NCBI RefSeq assembly: GCF_030144855.1
Contig: NC_082724.1
Span: forward strand, 47,182,001 to 47,246,000
Length of the DNA stretch: 64,000 bases
Direction of reading: 5' to 3'
Source: Hypanus sabinus
Taxonomy: Eukaryota
This document shows positions 1-11,150 of the stretch, piece by piece; position 1 is the first letter of the stretch; each line of letters starts with the position of its first letter. The translations under genes and the position numbers were made by a program. The notes under the pieces are model-generated. The model was not told the origin of the DNA. It did no database searches and saw only the letters and a list, made by a program, of their open reading frames with translations.

Positions 1-150
1 TATCTCTCCTTTCAGTTAGTCCTGATGAAGGGTCTCGGCCTGAAACGTCGACAGTGCTTCTCCTTATAGATGCTGCCTGGCCTGTTGTGTTCCACCACCA
101 TTTTGTGTGTGTTGTTTGAATTTCCAGCATCTGCAGATTTCCTGGTGTTA
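1..150 (+). mobile_element. Penelope-like element 3' terminus (pLTR), young copy, cut by window edge
   Basis: ctgatgaagggtctcggcctgaaacgtcgac...gatgctgcctggcctg...cattttgtgtgtgttg is the same terminus that follows the GIY-YIG remnant at 1047-2155. Confidence 0.8.
19..52 (+). ncRNA. Minimal type I hammerhead ribozyme motif (PLE-associated)
   Basis: GTC(19-21) CTGATGA(22-28) AGG-gtctcgg-CCT(29-41) GAAA(42-45) C-GTC(46-49) GAC(50-52). Both core boxes are present, with stem II, stem I GTC/GAC, a palindromic ACGT in place of stem III, and a GUC cleavage triplet. Confidence 0.7.
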
Positions 151-199
151 GAACTCAGGAATTCTTTTGGAAAAGCAAAAGGATTTCAGAGTCTAGTGA

Positions 200-533
200 A
201 AGCCAGAGCATAGTTACAGAACATAATAAAGCTCTTTATCTCAAGGGGTTTAAAATACAAAAAGAGTAGAAAGAATGCTTCATTTATGAGAAACTTTAAT
301 TAGAGTACCCCTGGCTTTCTGTAATGCAGGAAAGAAACCTCTGTTAAGCATTTCACGGATCCACTGTCATAATCACATTCTAACCACATTAGATGATGAG
401 AACAGTTTGGATAACCTTGTCCTTTACTTATATGAGTTTAGATAATGGACAATGGATGTAACATATAACATTTTAAAAAGGATTTGTTAGGCTAGGTCCA
501 AAAACACTATAGTGGATTATGGAAAAACTAGTG
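200..533 (+). mobile_element. Highly decayed CR1 LINE 3' ORF2 remnant
   Basis: Residual similarity to the FI.RG.EYK...Y.ILKG.DR region of the younger CR1 copies in this window. Confidence 0.4.
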
Positions 534-543
534 GAGATAATCT

Positions 544-1046
544 GAAACAGCACACACAAAATTCTGGAGGAACTCAGCCGGCCAGGCAGCATTATGGAAA
601 ACAGTGTAGTCGATGTTTTGGCCCAAGACTCTTCATCAGGACTGGAGAAAAAGATGAGGAGTCAGACTAAGAAAGTGGGAGGAGGGGAGGAAGAACCACA
701 AGGTGATAGGTGAAATAGAGGAGGCGTGAAGTATTGGTGAAAGTGGTACAGGGCTGAAAAAGGAGGAATCCAATAGGAAAAGACAAAAAGCCATGGACGA
801 AAGAAATGGGATGAGCACCAGAGGGAGAAAGGTGATAGGCTAGAAAGGAGATAAGGTAAGAGTGAAATGGGAATGGGTAATGGTGTATAGGGTGGCATTA
901 CCAGAAGTTCGAGAAATTAATGTTCATGCCATCAGTTTGGAGGCTACCCAGACATCCAAACTGAATATGGCCTCATCATGACAATAGAGGAGGCCATGGA
1001 CTGAAATGTTGGAATGTGAATGGGAAGAGGAATTAAAGTGGATCTC
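544..1046 (-). mobile_element. Inverted 3' part of a Penelope-like element (left arm of foldback insertion)
   Basis: Reverse complement matches 1560-2120 (tccagtcctgatgaag; ggcatgaacat..atttct.gaacttc). Confidence 0.8.
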
Positions 1047-2155
1047 AAAGAACGGGTCTTCGCTTCCTCCACCATCAACACTGTCCTCAGCAGCATCTCT
1101 TCTATTTATTGCATGTCTGCCCTCGCCCTCCACTGCAACAGGGACAGGGTTCCTCTTATCCCCACCTATCACCCCATCAGCCTCCACACCCAGCACATAA
1201 TTTTCCATAACTTCCACCATCTCCAGTGGAATCCCACTACCATACTCATCTTTCCCTCCCCCCCCCCCCCGCACTTTCTGCTTTTCATAGGGATCACTCC
1301 CTACGTAACTCCATTGTCCATTTGTCCCTCCCCACTGATCACCCTCCTGGCACTTAACTTTGCAAGCAGAACAAGTGCTACACCTGCCCCTATGCCTCCT
1401 GCCTCTCTACCGTTCAGGGCCCCAAAAAGTCCTTCCAGGTGAGGTTGGGGTCTTCTACTGTATCTGGTGCTCTGGGTGTGGCCTCCTGTATATTGGTGAG
1501 ATTGGCGTAGATTGGGAGACCGCTTCACTGAGCACCTATGCTCAGTCTGCCAGAAAAGGTGAGATCTCCCAGTAGCCACTTGTTTTAATTCCATTTCCCA
1601 TTCCCATTCCAACATGTCAGTCCATAGCCTACTCTACTGTTGCAATGAGGTCACACTCAGGTTAGAAGAACAACGCCTTATATTCAGTCTGGGTAGCTTC
1701 CAACCCGATGGCATGAACATCAATTTCTTGAACTTCCATCAAAGGACCCCTTTGCCATTGCCCATTCCCATTTCCTTTCTCAGCTTACCTCCTTACCAGC
1801 CTATCACCTCCCTCTGGTACTCCTGCCCATTTTCTTTCTTCAATGGTATTCTGTCTTCTCCTGTTAGATTCCCCCTTCTCCAGCCCTGTATCTCTTTCAT
1901 CAATCAACTTCCCAGCTCCTTTCTTCACCCCTCCCCTCCCTCCTGGTTTCACCTATCACCCTGTGGTTCTTCCTCCTCCACCCCTCCCCCAATTTCTTAC
2001 TCTGATTTCTTATCTTTTTTTTCCAGTCCTGATGAAGGGTCTCGGTCTGGAACATTGACTGTTTATTCTTTTCTCTCAACGCAGCCTGGTCTGCTGAGTT
2101 TGTCCAGCATTTTGTGTGTGTTGGCTTTGATTTGTCTGCAGATTTTATCTCATCT
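1047..2155 (+). mobile_element. 5'-truncated Penelope-like retroelement (Neptune-like) with RT C-terminus, GIY-YIG relic and pLTR
   Basis: NRDRVPLIPTYHPISLHTQHIIFHNFHHLQWNPTTILIFPSPP, then a Cys-rich linker and GVFYCIWCSGCGLLYIGE (GIY-YIG), RLEEQRLIFSLGSFQPDGMNINF, a pyrimidine-rich UTR and the hammerhead-type tail. Frameshifted. Confidence 0.88.
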
Positions 2156-2444
2156 GAGGTAATCTTAAGATCAGGATTACAACATATTTTCTTGTCTATA
2201 GCTTAGGGCAAATATGGATGGCACCATCTGATGCTATCAATGAAATATTTCAGAGCTGATATTAATAGAGGTTTCTCAGGGAACTCCAGTTAGACAGACT
2301 ACAGTGATCATGCCAGCTCCCAGAAGATTAATTCAATTTCTCTTCTTATTCACACGATGAAGATACTTATCTTTTCATTAACCACTCTTAATTATTTCAA
2401 AATAGTCTGAAATCAAGAGACAATTTAATAAGTAAGCAAGCAAT

Positions 2445-2538
2445 AAATCAGCATACCTTTTGGGATGTGGGAGGAAACCAGAGCTCCTGAGAAAATCCAT
2501 GCTAGAACATGCACAACCTGAACAGGCAGCAGTGGATC
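2445..2538 (-). mobile_element. HE1-type V-SINE fragment (probably continues at 3543-3610, split by the PLE)
   Basis: tttgggatgtgggaggaaaccagagc is the reverse complement of the V-SINE central domain (GCTCCGGTTTCCTCCCACATCCCAAA). Confidence 0.65.
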
Positions 2539-3542
2539 GACACACACAAAATGCTGGAAGAATTCAGCAAGCCAGGCAGCATCTATGGAATGGAATAAAC
2601 TGTTGACGTTTCTGGCCATTACCCTTCATCAGGACTGGAAAGGAAGGGGGAAGAAGCTGGGGGAAGAGAAAGTGTACAGGCTGGTAGGTGATATGTGAAA
2701 CCAGATGAGGAAGAAGGTGGGTGGGTTGGGGAGGTGGGGGGTGGGGAATGAACTAGGAAGCTTAGAGGTGATGGGTGGAAAAGGTAGAGGACTGGATAAG
2801 AAGGAATCTGGTAGGAGAGGAGTGTAGACCATGGGAGAAAGGGAAGGAAGAGATGCCCCAGGGAGAGGTGATGAGCAGATGAGAAGAGAGGGAGTAAGAA
2901 GGGAGCAGAATGTGGAATGGAAAAGGAGAGAAGAGGAGGGGGAAAATGTCCAAAAGTTAGAGAAATTGATGTTCATGCTATCAGACTGGATGGAATATGA
3001 AGTGTTGCTCCTCCAACTGGAGAGTGGCCTCTTCGTGGCAGTAGAGGAGACCATGGACTGGCATGTCCAAATGGGACATAAAATTAAAATAGGTCGTTAC
3101 TGGGAAAACCTGTCCTTTGTGGTGGACAGAGTGAAGGTGCTTGATGGAGCAGTTGACAAACTATGTCAGGTCTCACTGATGTGGAGGATGCTGTACTGGG
3201 AGCACCACAACTATGGATGAGCCCCAACAGACTTGCAGGTGAAGTGTCATCTTAACTGGAAGGACAGTGTGGGGCTCTGAGTGGTGATACGGGTGGAGGT
3301 ATAGAGGCAGGTGTAGCATTTGTCCTGCTTACAGGAGTAAGAGCCCAGAGGGAGATCAGTGGGAAGGTATGAGTGACCGGTGAGTCATGTTGAGAGCAAT
3401 CCTTGTGGAAAACAGAAAGCGGGAGTAGAGAAAGAAATTTTTAGTGGTATGATCACGTGAAGATGGTGGGAGTTGTGGAGAATAATGTGCTGGATGTAGA
3501 GGCTCATGGGGTTATAGATAAGGTCAAGGGGAACTCTATTCA
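2539..3542 (-). mobile_element. Penelope-like retroelement 3' fragment, same family as 1047-2155
   Basis: Minus-strand NRVPLDLIYNPMSLYIQHIILHNSHHLH and QSDSMNINFSNF; the tail reads ccagtcCTGATGAagggtaatggccaGAAAcGTC on the minus strand (about 2605-2638). Confidence 0.85.
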
Positions 3543-3681
3543 GGCAATGCCAGATTTCAGGACTGAACCTGGCTCCCAGGAGCTGTGGGACAACAGAATT
3601 ATCCATTGTGATGGACCCTCATTCTGCTATTTGCTGTATAATACATGCAAATAATCCTTTAACGTAATCGTAGAATCACTG

Positions 3682-3847
3682 GAGCAACACACAAAATGCT
3701 GGAGGAACTCGGCAGGTCAGGTGGAATTTCAGGTTGAGCCTCATCAATTGACCACATCCACTTCCCTCAGCATAAGCTGCCTAAATTCCTTCAGTACGTC
3801 GAGTGCTGTTCCAGATTCCACCATCTGCAGTCCCTTGTGTCAACAAG
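3682..3847. mobile_element. Short decayed foldback of two PLE termini
   Basis: Minus tail caacacacaaaatgctggaggaactc followed by plus tail ccagattccaccatctgcagtc; flanks ATCACTG (3675-3681) and ATCGCTG (3848-3854). Confidence 0.55.
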
Positions 3848-4099
3848 ATCGCTGATTTGTTTTAGAAGGTTCACCATCCGCTTAGAGATTTATTATCATT
3901 CCTGAGGAACATGAGATGGCAGTGCTGCTTCATTCAGTGCAAACCAGCATACTGGCAATTCATCATCTAAGTTTATAATCTTAACAATACATTTCTAAGT
4001 TTCAAAAAGCTAATCTAATATTTCATCGTTTCCCAAATTTCATATTTGCAACAATACCCCTCCCCACCAAGATCGACAACTATCAAACTTTGTATTTTG

Positions 4100-4230
4100 G
4101 TCTGGATGAACGGTTTTGGCCCAAATGTCAACTGTTTATTCCCTTTCATAGATACTGCCTGATCTGCTGAGTTCCTTCAGCATTTTGTGGTTGTTGCTCT
4201 GGATTTCCAGCATGTGCTGAATCTCTTGCA
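4100..4230 (+). mobile_element. PLE 3' terminus, decayed
   Basis: tcaactgtttattccc...gatactgcctgatctgctgagttccttcagcattttgtg. Confidence 0.7.
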
Positions 4231-5528
4231 CTTACTAAATTTGGATAATTCTGCTTTGTTAGTTTTGAATAATTCATTAAAGATGTTCTCCTCTCTGAGA
4301 CCTGTGCAATTAAGTGGAAGTGGTATCATGATGCAGCAGTGAATACACAAATGCAGGGACTCAAGTTTAAACTTAACCCTGGATTGTATCTGTGCAATAT
4401 GCACATTCTCCATTTGACAAGCAGGTTTCTATCAGCCTCTCTGATTTCCTCCCACAATCTATAGATGAATTGGCTTCTCTATATGAGCTCCTTATTTAAG
4501 TGAAGTGGGATAGAATTAGTTGCAGTTTAGAAGAGATAAGGAGAAGGGGAATATGACTGATGGCTCAATCGACCAAATCATTGCACTCTGTGTTATTAAG
4601 AAGTGACTATAACAATTTGTATTTATATAACTGTATTAACTTGGCAAAATATTCATTAGCGACAGTGAACCACAGATAGATATTAGCACAAGTAAAAGGA
4701 AGGGTTTAGGGAGTATCTTTGAGGGAGGTAGAGATTTTCAGGAAAGTTTGATCTTTAAGTGATATCCAGGTCTTAACTCGTGTACCTGCATATTCTCATG
4801 GGGTCCTATAACATCACTCCCTCGACAAGAAAAGCCTTAAATAATGGTCATTATTCAGTGTTCTTTTTGGCTGTCATATTTACTACTACTCAACAAAAAA
4901 TAATTTGCTATCACTTCTTGAGAACAATAATGGAGTTGTAGAAGTGCACACACTGATTTATTTCATTGTAACTGTTTTTGATATAATTTTGATATAATTT
5001 GTACAAACAATTTTGGCCACAATAGGAGTTACTTCTGAACAAAAATGCAATATATTTCAGGGCATGTTTAGATGAAAGAAATTGCAAACTGAATCAAAGG
5101 CAAACAGTTCTTATCATTTTCTCATACAACATTCCCTTTTGCTGAAAGAGAAGAAAGTGAAGGGAAGCTGTTTTTGGGTGCAAGTTAAGATTTTCCAGTT
5201 GAGTCTGGCCTCTAGTGAAACTATCTCTCACAGGAAGATGGAGCACAATTGCAATAAGAAGAAGAATATTTACTGCCTTCATTCTCTGTCCTGATTCCCC
5301 CTAAAGAACTCTCCTGGGGCTTAATTCTACTAATCTATGCCATGCAACATTTTTTCTCCTTTCGTTTGGCTCAATCACTCCCTTAAAGCCGTTCATTTTA
5401 AATTTTGTTAATGAATCTGATTCAATTATTGTAATTAATTTGTGACCCTTCCAGAATTTCTCTCTCTGAGAGCCTGTGATGTCAAATCTCCACTCAGTTT
5501 AATTGGTTCTTTTCCCTTCTCTCTTCAG

Positions 5529-5668
5529 GTAGTGCTGGAAATCCCGTGATGTTCAATGATAAAGGTGATGCTCCAGGCCGTTATGATATCTTCCAATACC
5601 AACTCATTGCCAACAATACCTGGGACTACCGCATCATTGGGCAGTGGACAGACCAACTATATCTTAAT
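5529..5668 (+). CDS. GRM7: Internal coding exon of a group III metabotropic glutamate receptor (end of Venus flytrap domain), GRM7-like
   Basis: Polypyrimidine tract and acceptor (ttttcccttctctcttcag|GT), donor AAT|gtaagt; 140 bp, phase 1 to phase 0. Translates (G)[46 protein letters not shown]; [13 protein letters not shown] is the group III mGluR signature. PVMFN and IGQWTD fit GRM7 best, but GRM6/GRM8/GRM4 are not excluded (paralog call about 0.6). Confidence 0.9.
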
Positions 5669-7709
5669 GTAAGTCACAACCTGCTAGACTGTTAGTACCA
5701 CGTATGTCAAGTCAGCAACTAGTAAAACCAAGAGGCCACCTTATTTGACATGGGGCTGGAGAACCGTTCCTTTAATTTTCTGGCCAATGTTTCATCCCTC
5801 TATAAATCACTAACTACACTAGACTTACCTTATTGCTGGTTGCCTAAGTGTTTCATTGCAGCCTTCAGGCAGTTGTAGATATCAAATAAACTATTGGAAT
5901 AGTTGAGGCTGTTTCTAATAGCAACACATCATTTGAGACAGCGCATATACTGCTTCTTGGTTGATTAATTTACTGCTGTGAATTGCTCTTGTGCGCGGCT
6001 GATTGCTAGAATCAGCAGGAAATCAATGGGATTGTGGGGAAAAATTAAATGAATTAATGTAAAGGTTAGTTGGCACAGGCTTGGTGGGCCAAAGGGCCTG
6101 TTTCCACCTTGTATGACTCTAGGAGGGAAACTTGGGACTTCTTCATGTTTATGCATATGCTTATACAGATTTATCACATGGACATTGAAACATACAGTGA
6201 AATGAGTTGGCCACGCCCGTGTTACCCGCGCCTACATAGCATGCTGCAAATGTTCAACTAAACAACACAAGCAGCAATATCAACAGCAGAACAATAGCTA
6301 AACAAGGCCACCCACTCACATACATAGACAGTCCTTCAACCCCAGCATCGTTCGCCTCTGAGCCTCCAGGCTCCCATGGAATGGCAGACTTGCAACATCA
6401 GACCTCCAATTTCCAAAGTGGGCTCACAGATTGAGGGCTTCTGGCTTCTGGATTCGCCTTTGGCCTTCAGTATGAACCCCAGTACATGCCTATGTCAGGA
6501 CCCTGAAGTCCAGGTCTCCAATTCCAGAACAGCCAACTTGTTGACTGTGGAGTGGGGGGTGGTCACCATAGTGCTTCGCATTATTTATATTTACATATTA
6601 TTTGAGCATATTTTCCCCAATACAAATAGGAATTGATATAACTGCAAAATGATATCCCTTTGAAGTACCTATCTGATCTAAATAGCAGAGGAAATAACAG
6701 AATACAGAATAGAGAGGCAGCAGGTGAAGAGACTGACACTGACATATGTACTTCGCTCCACTTTAAGGCACCTAATCCAAGGGAGGATTGCAGAGACATT
6801 GTGCTTTGATCACATCCACAATACTTGTTTCCTGCTAGCAATCATTAATATGTTGCAAGTGAAGTAAAACAGTAAATCTCTGCTGTGTTTATGGTTTCCT
6901 TAGTGAGTATCAACACTTATTGGGCAAATGATGTTGGTAACTTTGTTTTTGTGATTTTGAATTGGAACTTAAAATCTGTGTGATGTTACAAAGTCTTGCT
7001 GCTGACTGTGTTTCATAAGCACATACAGCTGCTGACAGGATCCTCCTGGATTAAAAGTCTTTAGAATAAAGATCACATAGAAAATTAAAGTAACATCCTC
7101 AAAAAGAAAGTATAGGAACATTTGACAGTCAACTAAGCTGAGCCAGGTGACAAATATGGAAAGCAGGCAGTGCTTTTCAGATCACCCAAAATGCTCAAAA
7201 ACCGAAGAAAGTGATGAAAGTTTTCCTTTATAAAATAAATCAAGTAATATCAAGAAACTTAAATGGTGACATATTCTAAAGCACACAAAACATAGTACAG
7301 AAAGCTAAAATAATAAACACTCAATATCATTCCCTTGGAAATATTCCCTTCTTTCAAGTCCATGCAAGTCCCATCTGCTTCCTGTCTCCGACTTGAGAAG
7401 GACCTTTGGTCTTAATTTCCTCCATTAAAAATGGCCATAACCTTCTATATGCACATTGAGTTTCCTCCATGGGACTGCAGTCAATAATTCACTGACCAAC
7501 GCTTCTGGATTCATGAATGGGAAAGCAGAAGTTTCTGTCAGTTATGGACACTGATAGATGATTCTGACTCATTTTCCAACACAATTCAAACAAGGCTAAC
7601 AGATTTCTACTAAGTGCCAAAAAAGAACTTGAAAAAGTAAAGCAAATTAAAGCCTAAATAAACACCCTCGAGTTACATTGTCTGCAGCTTTCGCTAAAGT
7701 TCTTGTGCA

Positions 7710-9010
7710 AAGGTGTGTGCTGTGGGAGGGTGGAGGGTGGTTCTTTATATACTTTGATTATTGGAATTTCTTCTAAGGTAGCAGAGATTCCATGAATGAA
7801 GAATTCAACCTGAACTGGAGGGGGACTACAGAATTACAGGGATATTTGCTGAGTCTATTTGGGGTGGGGTCTTAAACTAATTTGGCATGGGAAAAGAAAC
7901 ACAAAGTACCAATGCAGCAGGTGGTGATGATAACTCAATCATAGGGGATAAATCAAACAAGCCTTGTGGGAAGAAAACAGCAGCAGTTAGGAAGCGTAGA
8001 CATATTGACAGACTTAACTGTCTTCACTTTAATGCAAGGGGCTTCACAGTAATACTACAGAGCTTAGTGTGTGGAGTAGTACATAGCTTTATGATATTTG
8101 TGGAAGCACAGAAACATGGTCACAGAAGGGCAGGACTGGTAACTCAGTGTTCCAGATTATAGAACAGAGGTTCTAAACCTGGGGTCCACAGATCACTTGG
8201 GGTCAATTAACTGGATGGGGAAAAAAATTACATCTTTATTTTCACTAACCTTTAACTGTAATTTAGCATTTTCTTCAACTATGAATGTTGGCAATAACCC
8301 ACAGTAGTATTAGCAGTATCTGTGACTTTGCCACCAATAGAAATCACAGATGTTTTCATATCATATTACAGTTGTTAGAAATATCTCAAAATACTGTATA
8401 CTGCACACTCATCACTACTTTGAAATTATGTTAGTTATTGGACGCACTGCTAGATCAACCGTGATCACAGTCTTCCTGACTGCAGACGCTCATGCAACAT
8501 AACTGGCCAACTCTTGGTCAGCCCTGCGATTGGATGGCCAATGTGACATGGATGTTGCTTTGTCAAAGACCACCCCACAGTTTAATGTTCTTATTCAAGC
8601 TGAGCAACAATAGCCTTCTCACTGATATGTATTTAAAAAATAAAATTTAATTTTAACTTATCTAGATTTTAAATATATAGTCTTGTTATTAAATGCATTA
8701 ATAAAGAAGTACATATATTACTAAACCACATTTGAAAAACTGTTTGATAAGTGTATTTCAATATAACTGGTTTCTTTTGCAATCCTATATATTTTTATAC
8801 AGTATTTAAATACATGATTCTGAGAAGGGGTCCATAGGCTTCACTGGACTGATGAAGGAGTCTAGGGGATAAAAAGAGGTATAGAAAGTTCAGAGGTGAT
8901 AGAGATTGATTTAAAGGAGAAGAGAAAATTGCCTTATTAATCAAAGAGAATGTAATGACAGTATTAAAGGGAGGGATCCTTCAATGAGTCCATAATGGTA
9001 GAACTTAGGA
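7710..9010 (+). mobile_element. Old CR1 LINE fragment (ORF1 end and ORF2 endonuclease start), interrupted by a hAT at 8165-8880
   Basis: aacctgaactggagggggact...cttaaactaatttggca (ORF1 esterase end), LNCLHFNARG (APE start), resuming after 8886 with ALLIKENV. Confidence 0.65.
8165..8880 (+). mobile_element. hAT-Charlie DNA transposon deletion derivative, Charlie4/MER80-like
   Basis: Left TIR CAGAGGTTCTAAACCTGGGGTCC preceded by TTATAGAA. Transposase C-terminus RLDGQCDMDVALSKTTPQFNVLIQAEQQ*PSH* at 8527-8625. Right subterminal ttctgagaaggggtccataggcttcac; right TIR mostly deleted and followed by TATAGAA. Confidence 0.8.
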
Positions 9011-10454
9011 TAAAATTGGGTCTTTTGAATGCATTACAACATTTTTAACTACATCCCAAAAAAATTAGTTATTTTCTTTTATAGCTATAGAAATAACATA
9101 AAATGAAACAGAATGAAAATCATTCTTTTTAGGTAGAGACAAGTCTTTATCTTTTTTACAACGTTGAATTTCAGAATTTTTCATTAAGTTCTATTACAAG
9201 CGAAATAATTGGCTTCACAACATTCAACAATTTCAATACTCCAATTTTCCTTATTGTGGTGGTAATTGGATTCTATTTTAATCTGCAAGCTGCCTTTGTG
9301 CCAATGATAGGATATATCAATGCAACAGTTATTATAGGTCTCACTTGTAAAGACCACAAAACTGTTTTCCAAAAGGAAAGCATATGTTTTGCCAAGCAAT
9401 CAACTAAGCCATCACTAGTGGTTTGAGAAGGAGGCAGTGGAGGCAGGAGTCGAAATAACACCAATAATAAAGCAGGCAATGTATCAAGTGCCTGGATTTA
9501 AAACAATAATTTATTTTGAAATATTTGGGAGAAATTCCAAGCTCTTCTGGCTTTAATAAAACAATGAAGCAGAAGTAACTGAATTTGATAGTAACATCGA
9601 AAAGTACCAACCAGGCTTATAGAAAGTGCAGTTGCCTGTGTGGGAGACTGCTCATGACAGCTGATGTGATTTATGACTTGTATTTGAATTTCTGGCCAGC
9701 ACAAGCAAAAGGAAGATTGCACTTAATGTCAGTATATAATTGCTAGTGTAGTTTCAGAAAATAAAAGAGGTTGTCAGGGAAAACGATAAACTTTTGCCAT
9801 CAGGATATACTTGGAAATTTATGGCAGTACTATTTCTGATATTTATTAAGCTAGTTTTTTTTCACAGTTTTGATCCTTGCAATTAAACAGAGAAATCCAT
9901 GAAGATGTCTATTGATTTGGGTGCAATTTTCATTCTAATGTGATGGAATTGAAGGGTTTTTTCGTAGGAAAAATTGAATCATAGCAAAAGAGCAAAGTGT
10001 GTGGCTGTTTCTTCCTATAAATTAGCTCAAATATTTCAGGGAGCAAAATATAAAACATTTTTCAGTGCCGTCCATGCAAGAAAAATAGTTTAATAATGTT
10101 CTTCAGCTAAATACTCATCTAAAAATGGTCATCATTAAAATATATAAATTATCACATTAGTTAACTACAGGTGTCATTTAATTACAACAAGAAACAAATT
10201 GCTGGAGGAGCTCAGTGGGTGTGTCCACCTGACTATATAGAACTCGATCTGTATTAATGACGTACTTCTGAACACTGCAATTGTAGCTAGAGTTTATTTT
10301 TTATCAGCCTTTATTAACTCTAGCCAATAATATAGTAAAATAGTAACAACAGAGAATTAAAAAAAAAACTGCAAGATCGATAGCATGCTGTATTTTACTT
10401 AAGCATTTGCAGCAGTCAAGTTGAAATTTAATTGTCACTCAACTATACATGAAT

Positions 10455-11150
10455 ACTCATAGAAACAGCCAAACCAAGCATGATTATTCCAGGGCCAATG
10501 TGCAAAACACAGTAGCAATAGTCACACACAGTATAAGGCACATGTAAGATAGCAGACACATATTCAGTTCCCTGACTTTGAGTAGAGTTACAGTATGGGG
10601 TCATTGCCTCTTGCACTCCTGATAATCATCTCTATGATTCTCTGCTCTGGCTGCCTGTTCAGTGTGTTTCCAGAGAGTCCACTGACAGCCCCTTCTGAAG
10701 GGAGGAGATTTCTCCCACTCACCATTTCACAGGCTAAAATTATATTCATAAAAAGATACATGCAGAAGGTAAAATACAATCAGTACATGCCGATCTTTAT
10801 GTTCATTACCAACAATGCACCAATGTTACTCATATTGCTTCTTTAGTGCACCAACAGGAAGAGTTACTAAACCAAGCCATGATGCATGCAGTTAAGATGT
10901 TTCAATGGCACAAAAAAAATTGGTGGTGGTCAATGGGGACATATGGATTTCTACAGCCTCTCAAGGAAGCAGAAGCACTGGTGCACTTTCTTGATGATGC
11001 CATCTGTCTGTATGGACCAGGAGAGGTTTTTGGTGATGTTCACACCTAAGAACTTGAAACTCTCAGCCCTCTTAACCTCAGTACATTGATGAAAAAGAGA
11101 TTGTGTGCAACACCCCACTTCCTGAAATCAATGAACAACTCTTTTATCAC
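10455..11150 (-). mobile_element. Rex1/Babar-like LINE 3' fragments
   Basis: cacacctaagaacttgaaactctc encodes minus-strand ESFKFLGV; cttcctgaaatcaatga encodes IDFRK; family 3' UTR at 10455-10560. Confidence 0.6.

Noticed and set aside
1254-1270. Poly-C and poly-G runs (also 28615-28628, 35869-35881) as G-quadruplex elements
   Set aside because: Homopolymer expansions inside transposon relics, prone to sequencing error; no evidence of function.
636-3220. Many overlapping 60-180 aa ORFs rich in Pro/Ser/Leu or Gly/Glu/Arg
   Set aside because: They are off-frame or antisense readings of PLE relics and their purine/pyrimidine-skewed UTRs, not host genes.
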